A stretch of DNA of 47,309 nt from an uncultured Thermoplasmatales archaeon (lineage in GTDB: Archaea; Thermoplasmatota; E2; DHVEG-1), in assembly GCA_964473335.1 (NCBI GenBank), contig CAYYOO010000001.1, positions 14,436 through 61,744 of the forward strand, given 5' to 3'. A program made the position numbers and the translations under genes. The notes beneath the pieces were generated by a model that saw only the letters and a program-made list of their open reading frames with translations, was not told the DNA's origin and did not search any database. Below are positions 30,719-40,480 of this stretch, one piece after another (within the stretch, counting starts at the first letter, position 1; the number at the start of each line of letters is the position of its first letter).

Positions 30719-33658
30719 TTAACCTCTGTTACAAGGTTCATATGGGTTGAATGCTGGATCTCCTAAAAGATTTAGCTGATATATCGTACAGTATTTTTCA
30801 ACCGGGAAATTTCCCATACCGCTACCGCCAGAACTAGAACTACCCTGGCTTTCAAGAATTGAATCTCTTAATTCTTCAGGTAAGGACATAGACATCTGAA
30901 GTACTGGTCTCCATCTGAATTTTTTATCAAAACATTCCTCCAGATAAAGATTCTTTGCATCTCTAAGAGCATGACCAATTGTTGCATCGTCTTCAAATAA
31001 TCTGTTCATTGTTTCCTCAAAGTTGAATTGATTGAAGTTAACCTCTGGATAGATACCTTTTCTAGCATCTAATTTTGCCTTAAGATATCCAGCTATTCCA
31101 AATCCTACTCCTCCATTAAAATCTGGTCGGGGCTCTAATGCACCATAAAAAGCCGAAAATGTTGTTGGAGAAACATAAGAGTTTACACCAGCATGAAGAT
31201 ATGCATTTGCTAGGAAGTTTTCTGGAAGTAATCCATCTATTTTACCTGAACCGCATCCTTCAACAAGCATAACTGATGGGCCCATCTCAACATTAGAAAC
31301 ATCTCTAACAGTAAAAGCTCCTTTATTAGCCAATGGTGTTCTCAACATAGTTTGCTGCAGATATCTAGCGACAAGTGGATAAAGAACCGGTATACCCACA
31401 CTATCCATTAATATATCACCATACTCTTTTGTAAACCAAATTGCGTGAGAATCAGATATGATTAGATTACTGTTCTTCTCGAGTTCTCCACCAATAACAA
31501 GATCTGATGAATCACCAAATAGAACCTCCTTCCACCAATCTGGATCTTTAATAGAATCTGAGTTTCCTATGCCCTGACGTATCTTGGCTGACCAAAACGG
31601 GAACAACAAACGATTGAGAAGGCCATCTTTTTTAATCTCCAGCAACTGCTGGGTTGTATAACCTTCCCTTTGTGCCTGCGAGCGCATAGCGCTCTCTCCG
31701 TCAAAACCTCCTTCTTCAAAGTTTTTTAGAATTCTTTGTACTAGGAAATATTTTTCTCCTGTTGGAAACTTCATAGGTTCTGTTTTACCAAGAAGGTTTT
31801 GTATACCATTAAATATGGGCAGTCTTTGAACTTCTGCACCAGCTCCAGCTAAAACTGCTGCATTATCCTTCCAATCACCAAAGTCATCTATTATTTCATC
31901 ATAAAAAATTGTTCTTAATATAAGAGCACTAGCATCCTGAGTATCCCAACCAGTTATCCTACCCACAATATTTTCTGCTTTTGGAAAGTCAGTATACAAA
32001 TCATCCTCCAGATCATCATCATTGTATGGCTGCATCGAGTAGATCTCAGGATCAACATTTCCATAAATAAAATCACTAGGGCAATTAGTACCATAATTTC
32101 CACTTGCAGGATGATCAAAAGGATCGCTATGAGGACTCCTATAATAATATTGAGGTAACATTATAGTGTCGCCCAATAAACATACATTAATTGGAGATGC
32201 ATAACAGTCCTCCTGCAAATATTCTACAGTTTCGGAGATATCAACATTTTTTATTTTTGCTAAAAGATTATTTATCGGTTTGTGGATATTTTCATAAACA
32301 TGCTTATTAACAACTGGGATTAATTTTGGATTGTAAAAAACTTGAGTATTTCCAGGGATAGTTTTTCCATTATATTTCACTTCATCAGTTGGAGCGAAAG
32401 CAAAATCTGGTTTAGCAAAAATAATTCCTTTGTGATAAGCAGTTAAATATGGAGCTATTGATGAGAATTTTTCCATCATTGGTGTATATGGATTACTAAT
32501 CTCTTCCACGGTTATCTTAACTTCATATTTTGCTGAATCAAGTAAATGATAAGTAGGTGATAAACTAAATGATAATTTTTCTCCCGCCATATCATAAAAA
32601 ACTGTTTCGAAATGTAATCTGTCTCTAATAATATCCCCATTTTCATTTCTTTTAGCAGGGTATGCCGATGTTCGCATATAACCAGTAAGTTGGCCTCCTA
32701 ATGCCAAACTATCTCCAAAATCTTCTACGTATCTTTCATCTTCAAGATTTATTATATCTAAATTTACCCTAGCATACTTGTAGTCTTCAGGTATTTCAAA
32801 TGAGTGTCTAATTTTACCAGCTGATTGCCCTTTTAGAGCATCTAATAGATGAGAAGGAAGTGGATTACCAGTGTTTTTTAATACACCTTCTTCGTATAGA
32901 ACGATTTCTTCATCAAGAACCTCTGGTTCAAAAGCATCCATTGGATTTGTAATTGTTATATAATCATTCTTTCCAAAAATATTTGTTACAAGATTTAAGG
33001 ATTCTTCTACAATTTCATCAACATCATTGAATTTAAGAAAACTGTATGACTCTTCAAATCCTTTAATATTATCTCCACATACAATCAATTTTTTAACTTC
33101 TAAATTACTTAATACCTGTTTAATTTCTTCATTTATTTCATCTGTAACAATAACAGGAATGCTAAGATAAGAAGCCATAGGTACTGCATTAACACCTAAA
33201 ATATACCCATCCATGCTATCCTCTATTATCATAGCTGCACTGCTTTTCTCCCAATAGTTTTCAGCAATAAATAAAGAAAGATTCTCTGCAGAACCATAAT
33301 CTTCTTCATTAAAAGAGATTGGCCTGTAATGATCAAGATATTTATACTGAAGTCTAACAACAGAATCTGATGGATCATTATAATCTTTAATATATAAAGG
33401 TACTACATTTTGTTCACCATTACTGTCATAATTGACTGCTAATGGCGATGCAATTAATGGATAAAACGGATCTGTATCTGACACAGTGATACTATTAACA
33501 TTTAAGAGTTCTTTATATTCGCCTTTTACTTCAAAAAATTCTTCCATATCCGCTTGTACATTTGTTTTTTCTTCATAATCATAGAACCAAATACCTATTG
33601 AAGCTAAAACTAAAATTATAACTCCAAGTACTACAACTATTTTATCATTTTTCTTCAT
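30719..33658 (-). CDS. Membrane-anchored, highly divergent C25/clan CD-like cysteine peptidase paralogue
   Basis: 979 aa with an N-terminal TM anchor. Candidate His is in IISDSHAIWF and candidate Cys in VMLVEGCGSGK. The C-terminal NLLGDPAFNPY echoes the LLGDP end of C25 domains. Confidence 0.5.
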   Translation of the reverse strand: MKKNDKIVVVLGVIILVLASIGIWFYDYEEKTNVQADMEEFFEVKGEYKELLNVNSITVSDTDPFYPLIASPLAVNYDSNGEQNVVPLYIKDYNDPSDSVVRLQYKYLDHYRPISFNEEDYGSAENLSLFIAENYWEKSSAAMIIEDSMDGYILGVNAVPMASYLSIPVIVTDEINEEIKQVLSNLEVKKLIVCGDNIKGFEESYSFLKFNDVDEIVEESLNLVTNIFGKNDYITITNPMDAFEPEVLDEEIVLYEEGVLKNTGNPLPSHLLDALKGQSAGKIRHSFEIPEDYKYARVNLDIINLEDERYVEDFGDSLALGGQLTGYMRTSAYPAKRNENGDIIRDRLHFETVFYDMAGEKLSFSLSPTYHLLDSAKYEVKITVEEISNPYTPMMEKFSSIAPYLTAYHKGIIFAKPDFAFAPTDEVKYNGKTIPGNTQVFYNPKLIPVVNKHVYENIHKPINNLLAKIKNVDISETVEYLQEDCYASPINVCLLGDTIMLPQYYYRSPHSDPFDHPASGNYGTNCPSDFIYGNVDPEIYSMQPYNDDDLEDDLYTDFPKAENIVGRITGWDTQDASALILRTIFYDEIIDDFGDWKDNAAVLAGAGAEVQRLPIFNGIQNLLGKTEPMKFPTGEKYFLVQRILKNFEEGGFDGESAMRSQAQREGYTTQQLLEIKKDGLLNRLLFPFWSAKIRQGIGNSDSIKDPDWWKEVLFGDSSDLVIGGELEKNSNLIISDSHAIWFTKEYGDILMDSVGIPVLYPLVARYLQQTMLRTPLANKGAFTVRDVSNVEMGPSVMLVEGCGSGKIDGLLPENFLANAYLHAGVNSYVSPTTFSAFYGALEPRPDFNGGVGFGIAGYLKAKLDARKGIYPEVNFNQFNFEETMNRLFEDDATIGHALRDAKNLYLEECFDKKFRWRPVLQMSMSLPEELRDSILESQGSSSSGGSGMGNFPVEKYCTIYQLNLLGDPAFNPYEPCNRG

Positions 33659-33899
33659 TATTTTTATCCCCCAATTTATATAATTTGACTTACCATAGTA
33701 TATTTACATCTTATTATTTAATATTTTCCATTTATATTATATAATAATGGATATTAAATAAATCAAATTAAATAAAGACGATTTATTAAAGAAATCTAGA
33801 AAATAATATTGTAATTTTTTGTACTAACAAAATAAAAAATTTGCCAATACTTTTAATAAGCACAATCTTTATTACCAAAAAAATTAAGGAGATCATAAA

Positions 33900-34271
33900 A
33901 TGGCTGATGTAGAAATGTCGAAACAAATACAAGACCAAATCAATAGATTACAACAAATGAGAACACAACTTCAAATGCTGATGCAGCAAAAACAACAGGT
34001 CGAAATGAGATTAAATGAAACTGAAGAAGCATTAACTGAACTTGAAAAAACAGATGAAAAAACACCAATATTTAAAAGCGTAGGATCTGTTCTTATCAAA
34101 ACAAAAGGAAAAAAAGCAATTATAAAAGAACTAAAATCAGATAAAGAGTCATTAGAGGTAAGAAAGGAAACTCTTACAAAACAAGAAGGCAGAACCAAAG
34201 AAAAACTAAATGAGTTGCAAAGTAAAGTTCAAAATTCTTTGAATGTTTCAGGTGAAACTTCACCAAGTTAA
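33900..34271 (+). CDS. pfdB: Prefoldin beta subunit
   Basis: 123 aa. Two coiled-coil arms flank the beta hairpins (TPIFKSVGSVLIKTKGKKAIIKEL). AAGGAG SD. Confidence 0.85.
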   Translation: MADVEMSKQIQDQINRLQQMRTQLQMLMQQKQQVEMRLNETEEALTELEKTDEKTPIFKSVGSVLIKTKGKKAIIKELKSDKESLEVRKETLTKQEGRTKEKLNELQSKVQNSLNVSGETSPS

Positions 34272-34281
34272 AGAAGAAGAC

Positions 34282-34530
34282 ATGTTTAAAATGAAATATT
34301 TCTCAACAAAACATGATTTCAAAACAGGCATTATATCAAAATTGTGTTTTATAATAGGGATAATATTTCTAATACTTGCTTTTATACTGAATAACATTTT
34401 TGAAACTTTAGTCGCATTATCAATAATATCATTTGCAATAGGTATAATTCTGCATTTCTTAAATTTACAATTTATAAAATTAGATGATATCGCAAAAGAT
34501 ATTGAACAAATGGAAAAAAATGAAGAATAA
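34282..34530 (+). CDS. Small 2-TM membrane protein
   Basis: I prefer the internal ATG at 34282, which lies after the pfdB stop, over the track start at 34243. Two hydrophobic helices. Confidence 0.4.
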   Translation: MFKMKYFSTKHDFKTGIISKLCFIIGIIFLILAFILNNIFETLVALSIISFAIGIILHFLNLQFIKLDDIAKDIEQMEKNEE

Positions 34531-34532
34531 CC

Positions 34533-35402
34533 TTATTTTCCATATCTTCTATTTCTTCGTTGATAGGTTCTGATGGCTTTTAAAAAATCTCTCTTTTGAA
34601 AGGCAGGCCAAAATACATCTGAAAAATATAGTTCTGAATACGCAAGCTGCCAAAGCAAAAAATTTGATATTCTCTCTTCACCAGAGGTTCTAAGTATAAT
34701 ATCAGGATCAGGTATTCCATTTGTGTAAAGATATTTTGATACTATTTCTTCTTTGATATCGCTAACAGAAATTTTTCCTTTTTTAACATCTTCAGCTATT
34801 TTTTGTATTGCTTGTAATATTTCTTCTCTCCCGCCATATGCAAGAGCTATATTAAATGAGTAATTATTGTAATCTTTTGTTTTGTTCATGACATTATGTG
34901 CTGAATTTTTTATCTGATCTGGTAAATAATCTAGATTTCCAATAACCCTGACCTTTACTCTGTTTTTATGCAGTCTTGAATCGTTTGCAGCCTGATCCAA
35001 TTCTTTTTTACATAGATCCATTAACAATTTAACTTCTTGATTGTTTCTCTTGAAATTTTCTGTAGAAAATGCATAAACAGTTAAGTTTTTGATTTTTAAT
35101 TCGAAACACCAATCTAATACTTCTTCAAGTTTATGTGTCCCAAATCTATGACCTGCTGTTGAGGACAGCCCAAGGCCTTCGGCAAAACGCCGATTTCCAT
35201 CCATAATAATTGCGACATGTTCAGGTGTTTTATTCTTTTTTGCCTCTTCTAGTATTTTTAAGTCTTTGAACTCAGTAATTTTTCTTGAAAAAAACTGATA
35301 GAGCTCAGAACTATATATCATTGAAGCTAATTTTCTTAGAATATTGCTGTGTACCGCAAATTCTTCAAAATCAACGATTTTTTTTCCAGCAATCGATTTC
35401 AA
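34533..35402 (-). CDS. uppS: Cis-prenyltransferase: undecaprenyl/dolichyl-diphosphate synthase (UppS family)
   Basis: Motifs HVAIIMDGNRRFA, YAFSTENFKR, RTSGEERISNFLLWQ and YSELYF. Confidence 0.9.
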   Translation of the reverse strand: MKSIAGKKIVDFEEFAVHSNILRKLASMIYSSELYQFFSRKITEFKDLKILEEAKKNKTPEHVAIIMDGNRRFAEGLGLSSTAGHRFGTHKLEEVLDWCFELKIKNLTVYAFSTENFKRNNQEVKLLMDLCKKELDQAANDSRLHKNRVKVRVIGNLDYLPDQIKNSAHNVMNKTKDYNNYSFNIALAYGGREEILQAIQKIAEDVKKGKISVSDIKEEIVSKYLYTNGIPDPDIILRTSGEERISNFLLWQLAYSELYFSDVFWPAFQKRDFLKAIRTYQRRNRRYGK

Positions 35403-35528
35403 TGAAGATTTTTTTCGTGTGATAAAACCTAGCCTCCCATGTTAATAACAAAAGAAATAGATAAAATGTTGTATATATTTTTTATTGCTACAACAAATTT
35501 AATAAGCTATTGTAGAATGAAAACTCAC

Positions 35529-35684
35529 TTATTTATTATCTTTAACAAATTTTTTTATTTCATCTATATTTTCTACAATCAATTGTGCTTTCCTCAATCC
35601 AAATCTAAAGGGATAAGCATCGTTTTCATCTCTTTTTAGCACTACTACAGGATTACCATTATATTCTTCATATTCAACAGGCAT
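35529..35684 (-). CDS. Small 51-aa protein not in the ORF track, function unknown
   Basis: The reverse complement reads GGAGGCAACAAACT-ATG, then MPVEYEEYNGNPVVVLKRDENDAYPFRFGLRKAQLIVENIDEIKKFVKDNK-TAA. Composition is balanced, unlike the overlapping + strand ORF 35439..35639. Confidence 0.5.
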   Translation of the reverse strand: MPVEYEEYNGNPVVVLKRDENDAYPFRFGLRKAQLIVENIDEIKKFVKDNK

Positions 35685-35830
35685 AGTTTGTTGCCTCCTT
35701 TATTATATATTAATATGTTACTTATATTAAATCTTTTTTAATTATTTATATATTATGCTTTAAAAAATTGGTTATTTTGTTTCCAAAGTGTTTATATATA
35801 AGAAAATGATATTCCGGTTCCTTAAAATAT

Positions 35831-36064
35831 ATGGGTGATATACTGGGAAATATACGACCAACATTTATAAAAAATATTGCAATGGAACTAACTAACAGGT
35901 ATCCTGAACAATTTAAAAAAGATGATTTTCAACATAATAAATCAAAAGTACAAGAGCTTAGTGATGTATCTAGTAAAGTTCTTAGAAACCGAATAGCTGG
36001 ATATATTACAAGACATCTTAATACAAAAGACAAACCCAAAACAGTTCAACCTATTTCTGAGTAG
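35831..36064 (+). CDS. rps17e: 30S ribosomal protein S17e
   Basis: GNIRPTFIKNIAMELTNRYPEQF and NRIAGYITR are typical of S17e. 77 aa. Confidence 0.9.
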   Translation: MGDILGNIRPTFIKNIAMELTNRYPEQFKKDDFQHNKSKVQELSDVSSKVLRNRIAGYITRHLNTKDKPKTVQPISE

Positions 36065-36083
36065 TAACCCAAAATTTATTTTA

Positions 36084-36794
36084 ATGGGGGTTTTTCCTAA
36101 TCACAGGTGAGCCAATAAACAAAGTTCAGAAAGCAATAGATGATCTCAAAAAAGGAAAATTCATTTTGATATATGATGATGACAAAAGAGAAGGGGAAAC
36201 CGATCTAGTTATTTCATCAAAATTTGTAAATCCAAATTCAATCAGAACAATGAGAAAAGATGGAGGAGGTTTGATATTTTTGATGACCTCAAAAGAGATT
36301 GCAGACGAATTAAATCTTCCATTTTTATCTGATATGTTTTCTAATATCGATCACAAATATCCTGTTTTAAAGGAACTAGTTGCAAATGATATACCATACG
36401 ACACAAAATCTTCCTTTTCACTATACATAAACCATCGTGATACATATACAGGAATAACTGACAATGATAGAAGTCTAACAATGACAAAGTTTTCACAATT
36501 AATAGAAAAAGTTAAAGAAGAAAATAATTCAAAAAAATTGTTTGGAAAAGAATTCCGCACCCCGGGACACATACCAATATGTATTGCATCTGAAAAGCTC
36601 TTAAAAAAACGCAAGGGGCATACTGAACTTGTTATCAGTATGATGAAAATGGCTGATTTACCAGAATCAGGCAGCGGATGTGAAATGATTGGAGATAATG
36701 GTAGAGCGCTCTCCAAAGAAAAGGCAATAGAATATGCAGAAAAAAACAATTTAGTTTTTCTAGAAGGAAAAGATATTATTAGAGCGTGGGAAAA

Positions 36795-36807
<13 letters not shown>
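36084..36807 (+). CDS. ribB: 3,4-dihydroxy-2-butanone-4-phosphate synthase (archaeal RibB), with an unresolved 5' end
   Basis: Motifs DDDKREGETDLV, MRKDGGGLI, FRTPGHI and RKGHTEL. The conserved N-terminal part (INKVQKAIDDLKKGKFILIYDDD) lies upstream of the track's TTG at 36166 and has no in-frame ATG/GTG/TTG. The only ATG (36084) is one base out of frame, at a G5T5 run. Confidence 0.75.
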
Positions 36808-37717
<910 letters not shown>

Positions 37718-37731
37718 GGACGTGAAAAAAT

Positions 37732-38151
37732 ATGGTTAAAAATAAAATAAAAATTGGAGCTGTAGTATCAGAGTTCAACTACGACATCACAATGATGATG
37801 CTGGAACGTGCAAAGGAACATGCAGATTTTCTCGGGGCAGAGATAACTAAAGTTGTCAAGGTTCCAGGTGTTTTTGATATGGGACTAGGAATAAAGAAAC
37901 TCTTGAAAGAAAAATCAATTGATGGAGTTGTTGCTTTAGGTTGTGTGATAGAAGGTGAAACCGAGCATGATGAACTAGTTATTTCTCATGCAGCAAGAAA
38001 AATAGCTGATCTAGCACTTGACTATGATAAACCAGTAGGCCTAGGAATTTCTGGGCCGGGGATGACAAGACTTCAAGCTGAAGAGAGAATAGAAAGGGCA
38101 AAATCAGCAGTTGAATCTGTTGTAAAACTTCATAAAAACTTAAAAAAATAA
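37732..38151 (+). CDS. ribH: 6,7-dimethyl-8-ribityllumazine synthase
   Basis: Motifs IGAVVSEFNYDIT, VPGVFDMGLG and LGCVIEGETEHDE. 139 aa. Confidence 0.85.
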   Translation: MVKNKIKIGAVVSEFNYDITMMMLERAKEHADFLGAEITKVVKVPGVFDMGLGIKKLLKEKSIDGVVALGCVIEGETEHDELVISHAARKIADLALDYDKPVGLGISGPGMTRLQAEERIERAKSAVESVVKLHKNLKK

Positions 38152-38232
38152 TCATTAACTTTTTTTAATTTTTATTTATTATATTTATATGGAAATACTT
38201 ATATATTATTTCTGCATAATCATCGACAGTGA

Positions 38233-38685
38233 ATGAACATGAAAAGAAAGGTAAAAACAGCAATTTTATTAACTTTATTATTACTGGGAACAACCTTAAT
38301 CCTATCAGGATGCATTGACACAGTCGAAACAGTAGGTTGGGAACATGGATCTTTTAAAAATGGAGCAGTACTTAAAGGTGTAGCGCCAGAAAAATATGAA
38401 GGATATCCATTAATAAAACTATATTTCGTTTATGATAATGAACCACATGAAAAAATCAGTGAATACGAGTATCAAATTAAGCATGAGGATATTAATAAAA
38501 AATCTATTGCAAAAACAATTTACTTTGAGGGAGAAATAAACGGACTTATACCATATGAGCCATATTACTTTAGAGCTGTAGCACAATATGCTGTTCTAGA
38601 CGGAAGTAAAGAAATGACTATTTCAGGAGATGAAATAAGCTTTTCTTTAATGCAGAATAATAAAGAAGAAAGCATAATAAAGTAA
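38233..38685 (+). CDS. Putative secreted/lipobox protein of unknown function
   Basis: Signal sequence ending LILSGC (lipobox-like), then a beta-rich domain of about 120 aa. Confidence 0.45.
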   Translation: MNMKRKVKTAILLTLLLLGTTLILSGCIDTVETVGWEHGSFKNGAVLKGVAPEKYEGYPLIKLYFVYDNEPHEKISEYEYQIKHEDINKKSIAKTIYFEGEINGLIPYEPYYFRAVAQYAVLDGSKEMTISGDEISFSLMQNNKEESIIK

Positions 38686-38705
38686 TGCATGAAGAAAAAT
38701 ATTAT

Positions 38706-39239
38706 CTAATCCTTTTTCTCATTTAATTTTTTAAAAACAGATGGGAGATGAATTGTATATGATCCGTCCTTTTGGATGATAATTGGTTCATCCTCAAGTA
38801 AACCCTTGAGATCGATTTTGTATTTACCTGATTTTTCAATATCAATTGTTTCAGGATACATTGATTCGTCAATTTCAGATTGAGCTTTGTCTAACGATTC
38901 GCGCCTATAACTTTCGTCAATTATTATGTCAATGTTTTCTTTACTTTCAGGTTTAATTTTTTCGTTGATTTGTTTTTTAAATGCCTTTTTAACATCCTTT
39001 GGTTTAATTTTTGCCCATTCACCTGATCCGTCTATTAAGTCTTTATTTCCTTCAAGCAATTGCATTATTTTTTCATTAACATCTTTACCAACTTTTTTTG
39101 TGATATCTGCTCTTTGATTTTCATCAAGAGGTTCTTTTGTATAAAAAAATCTATTTCCACCACATTCTGGGCATCCCTTAAGGAGTTGGGGGGAGCCTTC
39201 CTCAAACGTATGTCCGCATTTTAGACATTGATGAGGCAT
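38706..39239 (-). CDS. Zn-ribbon protein (DUF2072-like), third gene of the GTPase module
   Basis: N-terminus is CLKCGHTFEEGSPQLLKGCPECGGNRFFY, followed by a charged linker. Starts 3 nt after the upstream gene. Confidence 0.6.
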   Translation of the reverse strand: MPHQCLKCGHTFEEGSPQLLKGCPECGGNRFFYTKEPLDENQRADITKKVGKDVNEKIMQLLEGNKDLIDGSGEWAKIKPKDVKKAFKKQINEKIKPESKENIDIIIDESYRRESLDKAQSEIDESMYPETIDIEKSGKYKIDLKGLLEDEPIIIQKDGSYTIHLPSVFKKLNEKKD

Positions 39240-39242
39240 TTT

Positions 39243-39626
39243 TTAATTTGCTCCTTTTCCAGCAATGATTTTGGTTTGAATCATATCATTATCTTTTTTA
39301 ACCATTTTTAGAAGGTCTGCAGGCCCAATTAGAGTCATACGTGGTTTATTTGTTAAACCTAAAATCTTTCTGATAAAAGAAATTGATTCTTCACCATATC
39401 CTTCCATCTCCACGCCAATGAATGTATCTTGCTTGATTTCTTTCATTGTTTTTTCAATAAGACTGGCTTGCTCAATTGGTGTTAGGCCGTGCTCCAAAAC
39501 AAGTATATTTCCTTTTTTAACTTCTTTTATAATAAACTTTAGTTTTTCATCTTCACTAAAAGTATCAAGTTTATTTTTAGATACAAGATTAAAAGATATT
39601 CCATTGTTTTTTTTCTTTGCCATCAT
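39243..39626 (-). CDS. DUF2073-like small protein, second gene of the GTPase module
   Basis: I prefer the ATG at 39626 (context TAATATGATG, 1 nt after the GTPase stop) over the track start at 39713. About 127 aa. Confidence 0.55.
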   Translation of the reverse strand: MMAKKKNNGISFNLVSKNKLDTFSEDEKLKFIIKEVKKGNILVLEHGLTPIEQASLIEKTMKEIKQDTFIGVEMEGYGEESISFIRKILGLTNKPRMTLIGPADLLKMVKKDNDMIQTKIIAGKGAN

Positions 39627-39627
39627 A

Positions 39628-40284
39628 TTACCTCCCTTTCTTTTTGCGGTTTTTTCTAAAATGTTTGACCATTGTTGAATATAAGTTATCTGAGTTGTAA
39701 CCAGTAAGAGCACTTATTGGTATCACTGGATGCTGCGGGAATGCTGACTTTAATGTTGCAGGACTTGATTCTTCTCGATCAATCTTATTAGCTGCAATTA
39801 AAACAGGCAAGTTCCTTGCTTCAAGATTACCTAGAATCGTTACATTTACCTGTGTGAAAGGATCTTTAGTTGAGTCCATTACAAGAACTACTCCATCAAT
39901 ATCTTCTAACCATTTTATTGATTCGATAACACCTTCTGTAGCTTCTTTAGCACGTCTCTTTGATTCAGTTTTTGTAAGTCCAAAGGTATTCATAAATTCC
40001 TTAAAATCCACCTTTGTTGATATCCCGGGTGTATCAACAATATCCATAAATAGTGATGATTTTCCATTTTCTATTTTTACATCTTTTTTCCATTTAGCCC
40101 TGCGTGTCTCATGGGGAACTTCAGATACGCTACCCATGATATCGCCGGTCCAATCCCTTAAAATTCTATTTGCAAGCGTGGTCTTTCCAACATTAGGCGG
40201 TCCATATATTCCTATCTTTGCTTGTTTTTTACCAAAAATCTTATTGAGAATTGATGAAAGCTTTCCTCTACCAAATAATCCCAT
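39628..40284 (-). CDS. Small TRAFAC-class GTPase of an uncharacterised archaeal family
   Basis: G1 is GPPNVGKTT, G3 is DTPG, G4 is NKID, G5 is SAL. The N-terminus MGLFGRGKLSSILNKIFGKK looks like an amphipathic helix. Basic C-terminal tail. Confidence 0.75.
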   Translation of the reverse strand: MGLFGRGKLSSILNKIFGKKQAKIGIYGPPNVGKTTLANRILRDWTGDIMGSVSEVPHETRRAKWKKDVKIENGKSSLFMDIVDTPGISTKVDFKEFMNTFGLTKTESKRRAKEATEGVIESIKWLEDIDGVVLVMDSTKDPFTQVNVTILGNLEARNLPVLIAANKIDREESSPATLKSAFPQHPVIPISALTGYNSDNLYSTMVKHFRKNRKKKGR

Positions 40285-40480
40285 CCAAATTTACCTCCTA
40301 GAAACTAGGTTTATTTTTCAAATATTGTATCAATATAATAGTTTATTAGTTTAATGGTGTTTTATTTTTTAGCACATTATAAAAAAAATTTGTTTTGAAT
40401 ATACTTTATTTTATGAAAATCCTTAAATAGCAACAAAGATATTATTATTTCCGTAATTTACTCGGGAGGCATAATTGTTT

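Noticed and set aside
35439-35639. 66-aa + strand ORF from the track
   Set aside because: Composition is AT-bias noise with no SD. The opposite strand carries a more credible SD-preceded 51-aa ORF.
39854-40354. 166-aa + strand ORF; also 39418-39678 and 38926-39117
   Set aside because: Antisense to the GTPase, DUF2073-like and Zn-ribbon genes, which have clear motifs and tight coupling.
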